NCBI GenBank assembly: GCA_002840845.1
Contig: PHCS01000024.1
Coordinates: 21,760 to 85,759, forward strand
DNA length: 64,000 nt
Reading direction: 5' to 3'
Origin: Betaproteobacteria bacterium HGW-Betaproteobacteria-14
GTDB taxonomy: Bacteria; Pseudomonadota; Gammaproteobacteria; Burkholderiales; Rhodocyclaceae
Within the stretch, counting starts at the first letter, position 1; each line of letters starts with the position of its first letter. Under the pieces are notes generated by a model. That model made no database searches and was not told the origin of the DNA. It saw nothing but the letters and a program-made list of their open reading frames with translations. Made by a program: the position numbers and the translations under genes. Shown in pieces: positions 41,534-52,080 of the stretch.

Positions 41534-42310
41534 ATGAAGGCACACGCCAACGGCATCGACATCCACTATGAGGTTTCCGGCAGCGGCCCCTGGGTGACGC
41601 TGTCGCACTCGCTGTTCTGCGATCGGACGATGTGGGATCCGCAGATGGCGGCGCTCGAGCACCACTTCAGCGTGCTGCGCTTCGACACGCGCGGCCACGG
41701 CAAAACGGACGCGCCGGCCGGCGCCTATACGCTGGCGCAGATGGCCGGCGACGTGATCGGTCTGCTCAATGCGCTGAAGATCGAGCGCACGCATTTTGTC
41801 GGCTTGTCAATGGGCGGCATGATCGGCCAGCATCTCGCGCTGAAAGTGCCGCAGCGCATCGACCGGCTGGTGCTGGCGGATACCGCCGCACGCTTTCCGC
41901 CGGAGGCGCAGGCGCTGTGGCCGGAGCGCATCCGCATCGCCGCCGAGGAGGGCATGGCGGCGCTGGCGGAGCCGACGCTGGCGCGCTGGTTTACCCCGGC
42001 TTATCGCGCCGCGCATCCGGAGGTGATGGCGCGCATCGCGGCGCTCATTAACGCAACCCCGGTGGCGGGCTTCATCGGCTGCGCCCAGGCCATCCCGCGC
42101 GTCGACACCCTCGACCGGCTGCCCGAACTGGCCATGCCGACGCTGGTGATCGTCGGCAGCGAGGACGGCGGCACGCCGCCGGCCATGGCGCGCGAGATCG
42201 CGACGGCCATTCCCGGCGCGCGGCTGGAGATCATTGCCGACGCGTCGCACCTTTCCAACATCGAGCAGGCGGAGGCCTTCAATCGTCTGCTGCTGGATTT
42301 TCTGTTGTAG
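41534..42310 (+). CDS. Alpha/beta hydrolase, 3-oxoadipate enol-lactonase-like
   Basis: 258 aa. Nucleophile elbow FVGLSMGGMIG, a C-terminal ...ASHLSNIEQ histidine block, and overall PcaD-like length and order. Confidence 0.7.
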   Translation: MKAHANGIDIHYEVSGSGPWVTLSHSLFCDRTMWDPQMAALEHHFSVLRFDTRGHGKTDAPAGAYTLAQMAGDVIGLLNALKIERTHFVGLSMGGMIGQHLALKVPQRIDRLVLADTAARFPPEAQALWPERIRIAAEEGMAALAEPTLARWFTPAYRAAHPEVMARIAALINATPVAGFIGCAQAIPRVDTLDRLPELAMPTLVIVGSEDGGTPPAMAREIATAIPGARLEIIADASHLSNIEQAEAFNRLLLDFLL

Positions 42311-42372
42311 GTCGGCCTTCAGGCCGACAATCGACGAATTGACGCCACAGTCGGGCTGAAGCCCGACCTACA
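42306..42372. repeat. BIME-like pair of inverted REP hairpins (tgtaggtcggccttcaggccgac ... gtcgggctgaagcccgacctaca)
   Basis: Two hairpins in inverted orientation, 20 nt apart. The two copies differ by compensatory ggcc/gggc stem changes. The same family occurs at 57309-57387. Confidence 0.7.
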
Positions 42373-42383
42373 AGGAGACGACG

Positions 42384-43169
42384 ATGGATCTCGGCATCGC
42401 GGGAAAACAGGCGCTGGTGTGCGCCGCCAGCAAGGGCCTCGGCCGCGGCTGCGCGCTGGCGCTGGCGAAGGAGGGCGTGCATGTGACGATCGTCGCGCGC
42501 GGCCGCGAGGCGCTCGAGGCAACGGCGGCGGAGCTGGGGAAAGTCAGTCCCCAGGGCACGGCGATCCGGTTCGTCGCTGCCGACATCACCACGCCGGAGG
42601 GGCGCGCGGCGGCGCTCGCCGCCTGCCCGCAGCCGGACATCCTGGTGAACAACGCCGGCGGGCCGCCGCCGGGCGATTTCCGCAACTGGTCGCGCGAGGA
42701 CTGGATTGCCGCCCTCGACGCCAACATGCTGACGCCCATCGAGCTCATCAAGGCCACGGTGGACGGCATGATCGTGCGCCGCTTCGGCCGCATCGTGAAC
42801 ATCACCTCCGGCGCGGTGAAGGCGCCGATCGACGTGCTCGGCCTGTCCAATGGCGCCCGCTCCGGGCTGACGGGCTTCGTCGCCGGGCTGGCGCGGAAGA
42901 CCGTGCAGCACAACGTCACCATCAACAACCTGCTGCCGGGCTTCTTCGACACCGACCGCATCCGCACGGTGGTCGGCGGCCAGGCCAAGTCGCGCGGTGT
43001 CAGTTACGAGGCGGCGCTGGCAGAGCGCATCGCCACCATCCCGGCCGGGCGCATCGGCGATCCCGAGGAGTTCGGCGCCGCCTGCGCCTTCCTCTGCGGC
43101 GCGCAGGCCGGCTTCATCACCGGGCAGAACCTGCTGCTCGATGGTGGGGCCTACCCGGGCACCTTCTAG
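42384..43169 (+). CDS. SDR-family oxidoreductase
   Basis: 261 aa. Glycine-rich NAD(P)-binding N-terminus ALVCAASKGLGRG, NNAG, and the length and order of a classical short-chain dehydrogenase. Confidence 0.75.
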   Translation: MDLGIAGKQALVCAASKGLGRGCALALAKEGVHVTIVARGREALEATAAELGKVSPQGTAIRFVAADITTPEGRAAALAACPQPDILVNNAGGPPPGDFRNWSREDWIAALDANMLTPIELIKATVDGMIVRRFGRIVNITSGAVKAPIDVLGLSNGARSGLTGFVAGLARKTVQHNVTINNLLPGFFDTDRIRTVVGGQAKSRGVSYEAALAERIATIPAGRIGDPEEFGAACAFLCGAQAGFITGQNLLLDGGAYPGTF

Positions 43170-43188
43170 CCAGCCCTGTCTTCGTCCT

Positions 43189-43251
43189 TGTGGGAGCGGC
43201 GTCCACGCCGCGATCAGCTGCCAATATCGCGGCGTGGACGCCGCTCCCACA
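43189..43251. repeat. Perfect palindromic element: 26-bp arms (tgtgggagcggcgtccacgccgcgat), 11-nt loop
   Basis: The arms are exact reverse complements. A 9-bp direct repeat cctgtcttc lies on both sides (43175-43183 and 43261-43269). The arm resembles Pseudomonas-type 'tgtgggagcgg...' REP sequences. Confidence 0.7.
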
Positions 43252-43389
43252 GAGGCCCGACCTGTCTTCAGGGCGACTGACGCGGTCGCCTCCATCGACC
43301 ATACTTCCCCTGCGGCTTCCCACAATGGAAGTGCCGCCCCCACCGGCATAGAATGCATCGACCCCCCACGAGGGGGAAGGAGAAACACA

Positions 43390-45912
<2,523 letters not shown>

Positions 45913-46481
45913 TTGCGACGGACAAGTGAACGCTCGACTTGAGAGAACCCGAACCTCTCATAGAACCCGACAGCGTTGAGCGTTGACTCCAGCCGCACGG
46001 TTCCTTGATGTTCCTGGGTAAGGCGGAGAGTGTGCTCTAGCAATATGGAGCCGATTCCTCGATTGACAAAAACTGGATCAACGAAGACGGCCACGACTTC
46101 ACCGGGAACGCCCTCGCCGAAGCCGACCACGTTCGATGCCAGTTCGGCGACGATGGTGGCTCCTGCGCCGATCCCGCGAAGATAGCCTTGTGCTGTGCGA
46201 TTTGCCAGCCATCCCTCAACGATCTCGGGTGTGTAATGAGGGGCGCACAGCACGCGTACGGCTGCCGTGTGCAGTTCATGAATTCGTTGTGCATCCTCAG
46301 TCGTCGCTGACCGGATGCTTACCTGGACTCCGACCATGGTTTTGATTATGCACCTGTATTTCTTTGATGAGCAAGGCCGGTCGATGTCACCGGTCAAGCA
46401 ACTCGCCGTATCGCGGAAACTGACTTTTCCTGACCGCTTCGCGCCCTTCAGCTTGGCGATCCGATGCGGTCATCGGGCGTA

Positions 46482-46509
46482 TTGACTTTGTAATTCGATG
46501 GATTACACT
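46482..46509 (+). promoter_or_regulatory. Candidate higBA promoter with an embedded palindrome (possible HigA operator)
   Basis: ttgact-16 nt-tacact, about 25 nt upstream of the higB ATG. The inverted repeat gtaat...attac lies in the spacer. Confidence 0.3.
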
Positions 46510-46534
46510 GTATCGCTGAATATTACACGTTGCC

Positions 46535-46813
46535 ATGATCCGGACGTTCAAACACCGAGGACTTGAGCGCTTCTTCAGCAAAGGGGACCACCGCGGCATC
46601 CTGGCCAGGAGCGAGGCCCGGATCGAGCGGATGCTCGACCGCTTGGACGCGGCGGCCCGGCCCGAGGACATGAACCTGCCAGGTTACAAGTTCCATCGCC
46701 TGACGGGCGAGCGCAAGGGCACCTGCGCGGTTTCAGTGACCGGCAACTGGCGCATCACTTTTCGCTTCGACGGCGAGGACGCCGTCGATGTGGACCTGGA
46801 GGACTATCATTGA
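46535..46813 (+). CDS. higB: Type II toxin HigB (RelE/ParE superfamily, 'killer protein')
   Basis: 92 aa. MIRTFKHRGLERFFSKGDHRGI...LPGYKFHRLTGERKGTCAVSVTGNWRITFRFDGEDAVDVDLEDYH is the canonical HigB/'plasmid maintenance system killer' pattern. The toxin gene comes first. Confidence 0.85.
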   Translation: MIRTFKHRGLERFFSKGDHRGILARSEARIERMLDRLDAAARPEDMNLPGYKFHRLTGERKGTCAVSVTGNWRITFRFDGEDAVDVDLEDYH

Positions 46814-47130
46814 TGAAGACGCTGCGGAATCCCAACCGGCGCCCGACCCACCCGGGCGCGATCCTGCGCGAAGACGTGCTGCCGGCGCTCGACATGACAC
46901 AGACCGAGTTCGCCGAGCGCCTCGGCGTCTCCCGCCTGTCGGTATCCGACCTGCTGCACGGCAAGCGCGCCATGACGCCCGAGATGGCCGCGCGCGTCGC
47001 CAAGCTCCTCAACACCACGCCGGAGAGCTGGCTGCGCATGCAGGAGGCAGTCGACCTGTGGGAAGTGCAGCAGCACCCCGAAAAGCTCGCAGGCATCAAG
47101 CCGATCAAGGCCGAGCGCCAGGCGGCTTGA
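46810..47130 (+). CDS. higA: Type II antitoxin HigA (XRE-family HTH)
   Basis: 106 aa. HPGAILREDVLPALDMTQTEFAERLGVSRLSVSDLLHGKRAMTPEMAARVAKLLNTTPESWLRMQ. 4-nt overlap with higB. Confidence 0.85.
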   Translation: MMKTLRNPNRRPTHPGAILREDVLPALDMTQTEFAERLGVSRLSVSDLLHGKRAMTPEMAARVAKLLNTTPESWLRMQEAVDLWEVQQHPEKLAGIKPIKAERQAA

Positions 47131-47148
47131 ACCTAACCCACGGAGGAA

Positions 47149-48129
47149 ATGACCATGCCCCACGCCATCCGCTTCCACCAGCCCGGCGGTCCAGACGTCC
47201 TGAAATGGGAAGAGGTCGCCGTCGGCGATCCCGGCCCGCTTGAAGCGCGCGTGCGCCATCACGCCGTCGGCCTGAATTTCATCGACGTCTACCACCGCAC
47301 CGGCGCCTATCCCCTGCCGCTGCCCTCGGGCATTGGCCTGGAGGGCGCGGGGGTGGTGGAGGCGGTCGGCGCCGAGGTGAAGGACCTCAAGGCCGGCGAC
47401 CGCGTCGCCTATGCCGGCGGTCCGGTCGGCGCTTATGCCGAGGTGCGCCTGATTCCGGCCGACCGGCTGGTGAAGCTGCCGGAGGCGCTCAGCTTCGAGC
47501 AGGGCGCGGCGATGATGCTGCAGGGCATGACCGCGCAATACCTGCTGCGCCGCACCTACCGCGTGCAGCCGGGCGACACCATCCTCATCCATGCCGCCGC
47601 CGGCGGCGTCGGGCTGATCGTCTGCCAGTGGGCCAAGGCGCTCGGCGCGACGGTGATCGGCACGGTCGGCTCGGACGAGAAGGCGGCGCTGGCGAAGGCC
47701 CACGGCTGCGACCATCCGATCGTCTACACCCGCGAGAAGTTCGCCGAGCGCGTCAAGGAACTCACCGTCGGCGAGGGCGTGGCCGTGGTGTACGACTCGA
47801 TCGGCAAGGACACTTACATGGACTCGCTGTCCTGCCTGCGTCCGTTCGGCCTGCTGGCGCTGTTCGGCGCGGCCTCCGGCCCGGTGCCGTTGTTCGACCT
47901 CGGCCTGCTGGCGAAAATGGGCTCGCTCTTCATCACGCGGCCGACGCTGTTCACCTATATCGCGAAGCGCGCTGATCTGGCGCAGACCGCCGGCGAACTG
48001 TTCGAAGTGGTGGGCTCCGGCAAAGTGAAGATCGAAGTGAACCAGCGCTACGCCCTGAAGGACGCTGCCAAGGCGCAGACCGACCTGGAGGCGCGCAAGA
48101 CCACCGGTTCGACCATCCTGCTGCCCTGA
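47149..48129 (+). CDS. qor: NADPH:quinone oxidoreductase (zeta-crystallin type MDR)
   Basis: 326 aa. GLNFIDVYHRTGAYPLPLPSGIGLEGAGVVEAVG, AAAGGVGLI nucleotide-binding loop, C-terminus ...KTTGSTILLP. Confidence 0.85.
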   Translation: MTMPHAIRFHQPGGPDVLKWEEVAVGDPGPLEARVRHHAVGLNFIDVYHRTGAYPLPLPSGIGLEGAGVVEAVGAEVKDLKAGDRVAYAGGPVGAYAEVRLIPADRLVKLPEALSFEQGAAMMLQGMTAQYLLRRTYRVQPGDTILIHAAAGGVGLIVCQWAKALGATVIGTVGSDEKAALAKAHGCDHPIVYTREKFAERVKELTVGEGVAVVYDSIGKDTYMDSLSCLRPFGLLALFGAASGPVPLFDLGLLAKMGSLFITRPTLFTYIAKRADLAQTAGELFEVVGSGKVKIEVNQRYALKDAAKAQTDLEARKTTGSTILLP

Positions 48130-48156
48130 TCGCCGTATCGCGGGGGCTGACTTTCC

Positions 48157-48648
48157 CTATGCCGGGCGCGGCATCTTTGGCGCCTTGCCGCGCCTGAACA
48201 CCATCACCGTGCGGATGAAGCTGATGACGGTCTTGCCGTCCTGGTTGAAGCCGGTGGTGCGGACTTTCACGATACCGACATCGGGGCGCGATTTCGACTC
48301 GCGCTTCTCCAGCACCTCCGACTGCGAGTAGAGCGTGTCGCCTTCGAACACCGGGTTGGGCAGGCGCACCTCGTCCCAGCCGAGGTTGGCGAAGACGTTC
48401 TGCGAGATGTCGGTGACGCTCTGGCCGGTGATCAGCGCCAGAGTGAAGGTGGAATCCACCAGCGGCTGGCCGAATTCGGTCTGCGCCGCGTAGTGGCGGT
48501 CGAAGTGGATCGGCGCGGTGTTCTGCGTGAGCAGGGTGAACCAGGAATTGTCCACCGCCAGCACGGTGCGCCCGAGCGGATGGCGGTAGAGGTCGCCGAC
48601 CTCGAAGTCTTCGTAGAAGCGGCCCTGCCAGCCCGGTTTGTCTGCCAT
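48157..48648 (-). CDS. MaoC-like (R)-specific enoyl-CoA hydratase/dehydratase
   Basis: Start at MADKPGWQGRFYEDFEVGDLY. Hot-dog fold pattern ...NTAPIHFDRHYAAQTEFGQPLVDSTFTLALITG. The 38-codon upstream extension in the ORF track is encoded by a REP pair. Confidence 0.8.
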   Translation of the reverse strand: MADKPGWQGRFYEDFEVGDLYRHPLGRTVLAVDNSWFTLLTQNTAPIHFDRHYAAQTEFGQPLVDSTFTLALITGQSVTDISQNVFANLGWDEVRLPNPVFEGDTLYSQSEVLEKRESKSRPDVGIVKVRTTGFNQDGKTVISFIRTVMVFRRGKAPKMPRPA

Positions 48649-48682
48649 CGCGGTCTCCTTAGCAATTGCCGGAAAAGCATAC

Positions 48683-48756
48683 GTCATTCCCGCGCAGGCG
48701 GGAATCCAGGGTTTTTCGCGCAGATGCCTATGGATTCCCGCCTGCGCGGGAATGAC
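48683..48756. repeat. Inverted pair of 'cattcccgcgcaggcgggaatcc' REP elements
   Basis: gtcattcccgcgcaggcgggaatcca (48683-48708) and its inverted copy tggattcccgcctgcgcgggaatgac (48731-48756). This REP family is widespread in beta/gammaproteobacteria and translates as ...IPAQAGI.../...PACAGMT... Confidence 0.75.
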
Positions 48757-48779
48757 AACCATTGTGCTAAATTGAAGCC

Positions 48780-49421
48780 ATGCTGAAATCCTTCCTCATC
48801 GCCAACCCCAAGGGCGGCAGTGGCAAGTCGACGCTGGCGACCAACCTCGCCGGCTACTTTGCGCGCCAAGGACACCGCGTCATGCTCGGCGACATTGACC
48901 GCCAGCAGTCCGCGCGAGCCTGGCTGACGATGCGCCCCGACATCCTGCCGCCCATTCGCGGCTGGGAGATCGACCCGGCCGAGCCAGGCAAGGCGGCGCA
49001 TCCGCCGAAGGACACGACGCATGTCGTGCTCGACACGCCAGCCGGCCTGCACGGCAAGAAGCTCGGCCAGGTGCTGAAGCTGGTGCAGCGCGTCATCGTG
49101 CCGCTGCAGCCTTCCATTTTCGACATCATGGCGACGCGCGCCTTCCTCGACACGCTGCTGGAGGAAAAGGAGGTGCGCAAGCACCACGCCTTCATCGCCG
49201 TGGTCGGCATGCGCGTGGACGCGCGCACGCGTTCGGCGCGGGAACTGGAGCGCTTCCTCGAAAGCGTCAACCTGCCGGTGATCGCCCACTTGCGTGATAC
49301 GCAGCTCTACGTGCAGGCCGCCGCCCACGGCCTGACGCTGTTCGACCTGTCGGCCTCGCGCGCCGAGCAGGACATCGCGCAATGGCAGCCGCTGCTGCGC
49401 TGGGCCGAGGCCGGGGACTGA
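48780..49421 (+). CDS. Orphan ParA/MinD-like P-loop ATPase
   Basis: 213 aa. Deviant Walker A NPKGGSGKSTLATNLA, DIDRQQS, VLDTPAG. No parB or parS was recognised nearby. Confidence 0.75.
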   Translation: MLKSFLIANPKGGSGKSTLATNLAGYFARQGHRVMLGDIDRQQSARAWLTMRPDILPPIRGWEIDPAEPGKAAHPPKDTTHVVLDTPAGLHGKKLGQVLKLVQRVIVPLQPSIFDIMATRAFLDTLLEEKEVRKHHAFIAVVGMRVDARTRSARELERFLESVNLPVIAHLRDTQLYVQAAAHGLTLFDLSASRAEQDIAQWQPLLRWAEAGD

Positions 49422-49553
49422 GATGAACCGCCCCCACGCTCGCTCCGCTCGCGGAGGGCCGGCTTTGCACAGCTGGCCCGTTGCGCAGGCGCGGAGCGGT
49501 GCTCCGCGAAACCCCTGCTTCACCCCCCCGAGGGGGCGCTGAGCCGCGCGGCC

Positions 49554-50489
49554 ATGGCACGTTCGCTGCGCGGGGACTACCGGCAGTTGCTCACCAGCGG
49601 CGGGGAAGCCGCCATCCTTGTCTGGTCTTTTTTCGCGCCGCAGATTTTCATCGCCGCGGCCTCGGCTGTGACGGCGGCAGGACTCGCCTTCTTCGCCTGG
49701 GTCGACTGCCATCGCCGTGGCCGCGCCGTGGCGGATACGCCGACCAGCCTGATTGCCTCGGCGGCGCAGGGCTACGTCGAGCTGGCCGGGCGTTCGCGCC
49801 CCCTGCCGGGTCGGCCGCTCGCGGCGCCGCTCAGCGGCGAGCCCTGCGTCTGGCATCGCCACCGCGTCGAGCGCTACGAGGGCGACGACTGGAGCATCGA
49901 GGAAGAAGGCGAGAGCGAGGCGCCGTTCATGCTCGAGGACGCCAGCGGCGCCTGCCTGGTCCTGCCGCAGGGCACGGAAATGACGGGCCTGAAGGCCGCC
50001 ACCTGGTACAACGATGAAATCGGCGATGCCCGCTCCTGGCGCGTGATCGACAGGGGCGACCGCAAGAAGACGGAGTGGCTGCTGGTGGAGGACGAGGAGG
50101 TGCATGCCCTCGGCGAGTTCGCCACGCTGCGCGGCAAGCCGCTCGAGGAATTCCTGCGCGGCGAGATCGCGCAGCGCATCGCCGGCTGGAAGGCCGCGCC
50201 GGCGGCGCTGGTCGCGCGTTTCGACCTCGACGCCGACGGCGCAGTCGATGGCCGCGAATGGGAACTGGCGCGCAGCCAGGCGCGGCGCGAAACGCTGCGC
50301 GATTTCGGCAGCCCGGACGAACTGCATCTGCTCCGCCAGCCGGACGACAGGCGGCCCTTTCTGATCCGCCGTGGCGTCGACGGCGAGGCGATCGGACAGG
50401 CGAGCTATCGCCGCTGGGCGTTTTTCCATGTAGCGGTCTTCCTGCTCGCACTGGCCACCCTGCCGCATGCGCTGGGAAAGCCCTGGTAG
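49554..50489 (+). CDS. Membrane protein with a GIDE-like domain and an EF-hand Ca-binding loop
   Basis: 311 aa. N-terminal TM pair and a C-terminal [51 protein letters not shown] resembles the bacterial GIDE (PF12483) pattern. [12 protein letters not shown] fits the 12-residue EF-hand loop DxDxDGxIxxxE. Confidence 0.5.
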   Translation: MARSLRGDYRQLLTSGGEAAILVWSFFAPQIFIAAASAVTAAGLAFFAWVDCHRRGRAVADTPTSLIASAAQGYVELAGRSRPLPGRPLAAPLSGEPCVWHRHRVERYEGDDWSIEEEGESEAPFMLEDASGACLVLPQGTEMTGLKAATWYNDEIGDARSWRVIDRGDRKKTEWLLVEDEEVHALGEFATLRGKPLEEFLRGEIAQRIAGWKAAPAALVARFDLDADGAVDGREWELARSQARRETLRDFGSPDELHLLRQPDDRRPFLIRRGVDGEAIGQASYRRWAFFHVAVFLLALATLPHALGKPW

Positions 50490-50518
50490 GCAACAGGTCG
50501 ACCGGAAAGGAGATCACG

Positions 50519-51217
50519 ATGATTCAGTTACGCAAGCACGCGGCGCGCGGCCATGCCGACCATGGCTGGCTGGAAAGCTGGCACACGTTTTCCTTCGCCG
50601 ATTATTACGATCCGGCGGAAATGGGCTGGCGCAGCCTGCGCGTCATCAACGAAGACATCATTCAGCCCGGCAAGGGTTTCGGCACCCATGGCCATCGCGA
50701 CATGGAGATCGTCACCTACCTGCTCGACGGCGAGCTGGAGCACAAGGACAATATGGGCAACGGCGCGGTGATCCGCCCCGGCGAGGTGCAGCGCATGAGC
50801 GCCGGCAAGGGCGTGATGCACAGCGAGTTCAACCCCTCGCCCGGGGCGACCACGCATCTGCTGCAGATCTGGATCGAGCCGAGCGTGCGCGGCGTGCCGC
50901 CGAGCTACGAGCAGACATACTTTCCGGTCGATGAGAGACGCGGCCGGCTGCGGCTGGTGGCCTCGAGAGACGGGCGCGACGGCAGCGTGACGATCCACCA
51001 GGATGCGGCTCTCTACGCCGCGCTGCTTGCGGCGGGCGAGTCGGTGCGCCATGCGCCGGCACAGGGCCGGCACGCCTACCTGCACGTGGCGCGCGGCAAG
51101 GTAGACCTCAATGGCGTGCAGCTTGGCGCCGGCGACGGCGCGAAGATTGCCGAGGAATCCGAGTTGCGCATCAGCGCCGCCGCGGACGCGGAAATCCTGC
51201 TCTTCGACCTTGATTAG
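50519..51217 (+). CDS. Pirin-family protein (cupin; quercetin 2,3-dioxygenase-like)
   Basis: 232 aa. [23 protein letters not shown]...[25 protein letters not shown]...[13 protein letters not shown] is the pirin metal-site pattern. Confidence 0.9.
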   Translation: MIQLRKHAARGHADHGWLESWHTFSFADYYDPAEMGWRSLRVINEDIIQPGKGFGTHGHRDMEIVTYLLDGELEHKDNMGNGAVIRPGEVQRMSAGKGVMHSEFNPSPGATTHLLQIWIEPSVRGVPPSYEQTYFPVDERRGRLRLVASRDGRDGSVTIHQDAALYAALLAAGESVRHAPAQGRHAYLHVARGKVDLNGVQLGAGDGAKIAEESELRISAAADAEILLFDLD

Positions 51218-52080
51218 AAACTGCCGCGCCGCGCCAAATAGATCCCCAGCAGCACCGCCGCGCCGCCCCACCATTGCAGGGCGGCCAGCGCCTCGCCGAA
51301 CAGCATCCATGCCAGGGCCGCCGCAGCCACCGGCTGCAGCAGCAAGCTCACCGAGGAGAAGCTCGCCGACAGGTGCGCCACGGCGTAGGTGATCAGGCTT
51401 TGTCCGGCGAACTGGCAGACGATGGCGAGGGCCGCAACGACCAGCCACCCTGTCGCTGTCGCCGGCAGGATCGCTTCCCCCGAGGCCAGCGCCAGCGGCA
51501 GCAGGACGGCCGTGCAGGCCGCGCCTGAAATCAGCATGATGCGCGCAGTGGATTGCGTGTCGCGCAGGCGCTTCACGCAGAGCTGGTAGCCGGCATAGAA
51601 GAACGCCGTCAGGATGCCCAGCGCATCGCCCAGCAGCACGGCCCCGGGGCCGCCGACATTGGCCCGCACCAGCAGCGCGGCGCCCGCCAGCGCCAGCACC
51701 ATGCCCAGAAAGAACACCGGCCTTGCGCGCTCGCCCAGCAGCAGCCAGGCGCCGAGCGTGACGGCGACGGGCGCCAGGTTGGCGAGGAAGGTGGCGTTCG
51801 CCACGCTGGTGAGGCGGATCGACCAGTGCCAGACGGCCAGGTCCGCGGCGAAGAACAGCCCGGCGAGCAGCGCCATGGCGATGCCAGTGTGCCGCTCGGG
51901 CGCCGCCGCGCGGCGCGGCTGCAGGGACGCCCAGAGCGCCAGCAGCGGCAGCGCCAGCGCCATGCGCCAGAACGCCGTGGCGACCGGGCCGACTTCAGAC
52001 CAGCGCACGAAGATGGGCGCGAAGGCGATGCCGAGGGCGCCGGCGAACAGGGCGAGCAAGGCCCATTTGCCCTGCTTCAT
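51214..52080 (-). CDS. EamA/DMT-family transporter
   Basis: 288 aa, 10 hydrophobic segments in a duplicated 5+5 architecture typical of EamA. Confidence 0.75.
   Translation of the reverse strand: MKQGKWALLALFAGALGIAFAPIFVRWSEVGPVATAFWRMALALPLLALWASLQPRRAAAPERHTGIAMALLAGLFFAADLAVWHWSIRLTSVANATFLANLAPVAVTLGAWLLLGERARPVFFLGMVLALAGAALLVRANVGGPGAVLLGDALGILTAFFYAGYQLCVKRLRDTQSTARIMLISGAACTAVLLPLALASGEAILPATATGWLVVAALAIVCQFAGQSLITYAVAHLSASFSSVSLLLQPVAAAALAWMLFGEALAALQWWGGAAVLLGIYLARRGSF

Noticed and set aside
48649-48762. The 38-codon N-terminal extension of the MaoC-like ORF (MVVIPAQAGIHRHLREKPWIPACAGMT...).
   Set aside because: This peptide is the characteristic translation of the 'cattcccgcgcaggcgggaatcc' REP pair. 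The conserved MaoC sequence starts at MADKPGW (48648).
49422-49553. A possible further repeat element or small ORF between the ParA-like and GIDE-like genes (cgctccgctcgcggagg / gcggagcggtgctccgcg / cacccccccgagggggcg).
   Set aside because: Several short GC-rich hairpins are present, but I could not match them convincingly to the other repeat families in the window. The overlapping 178-aa ORF (49481..50017) has shadow composition.
48684-50468. 594-aa ORF on the minus strand.
   Set aside because: It is antisense to the ParA-like and GIDE-like genes. It starts inside a REP pair and has shadow-ORF composition.
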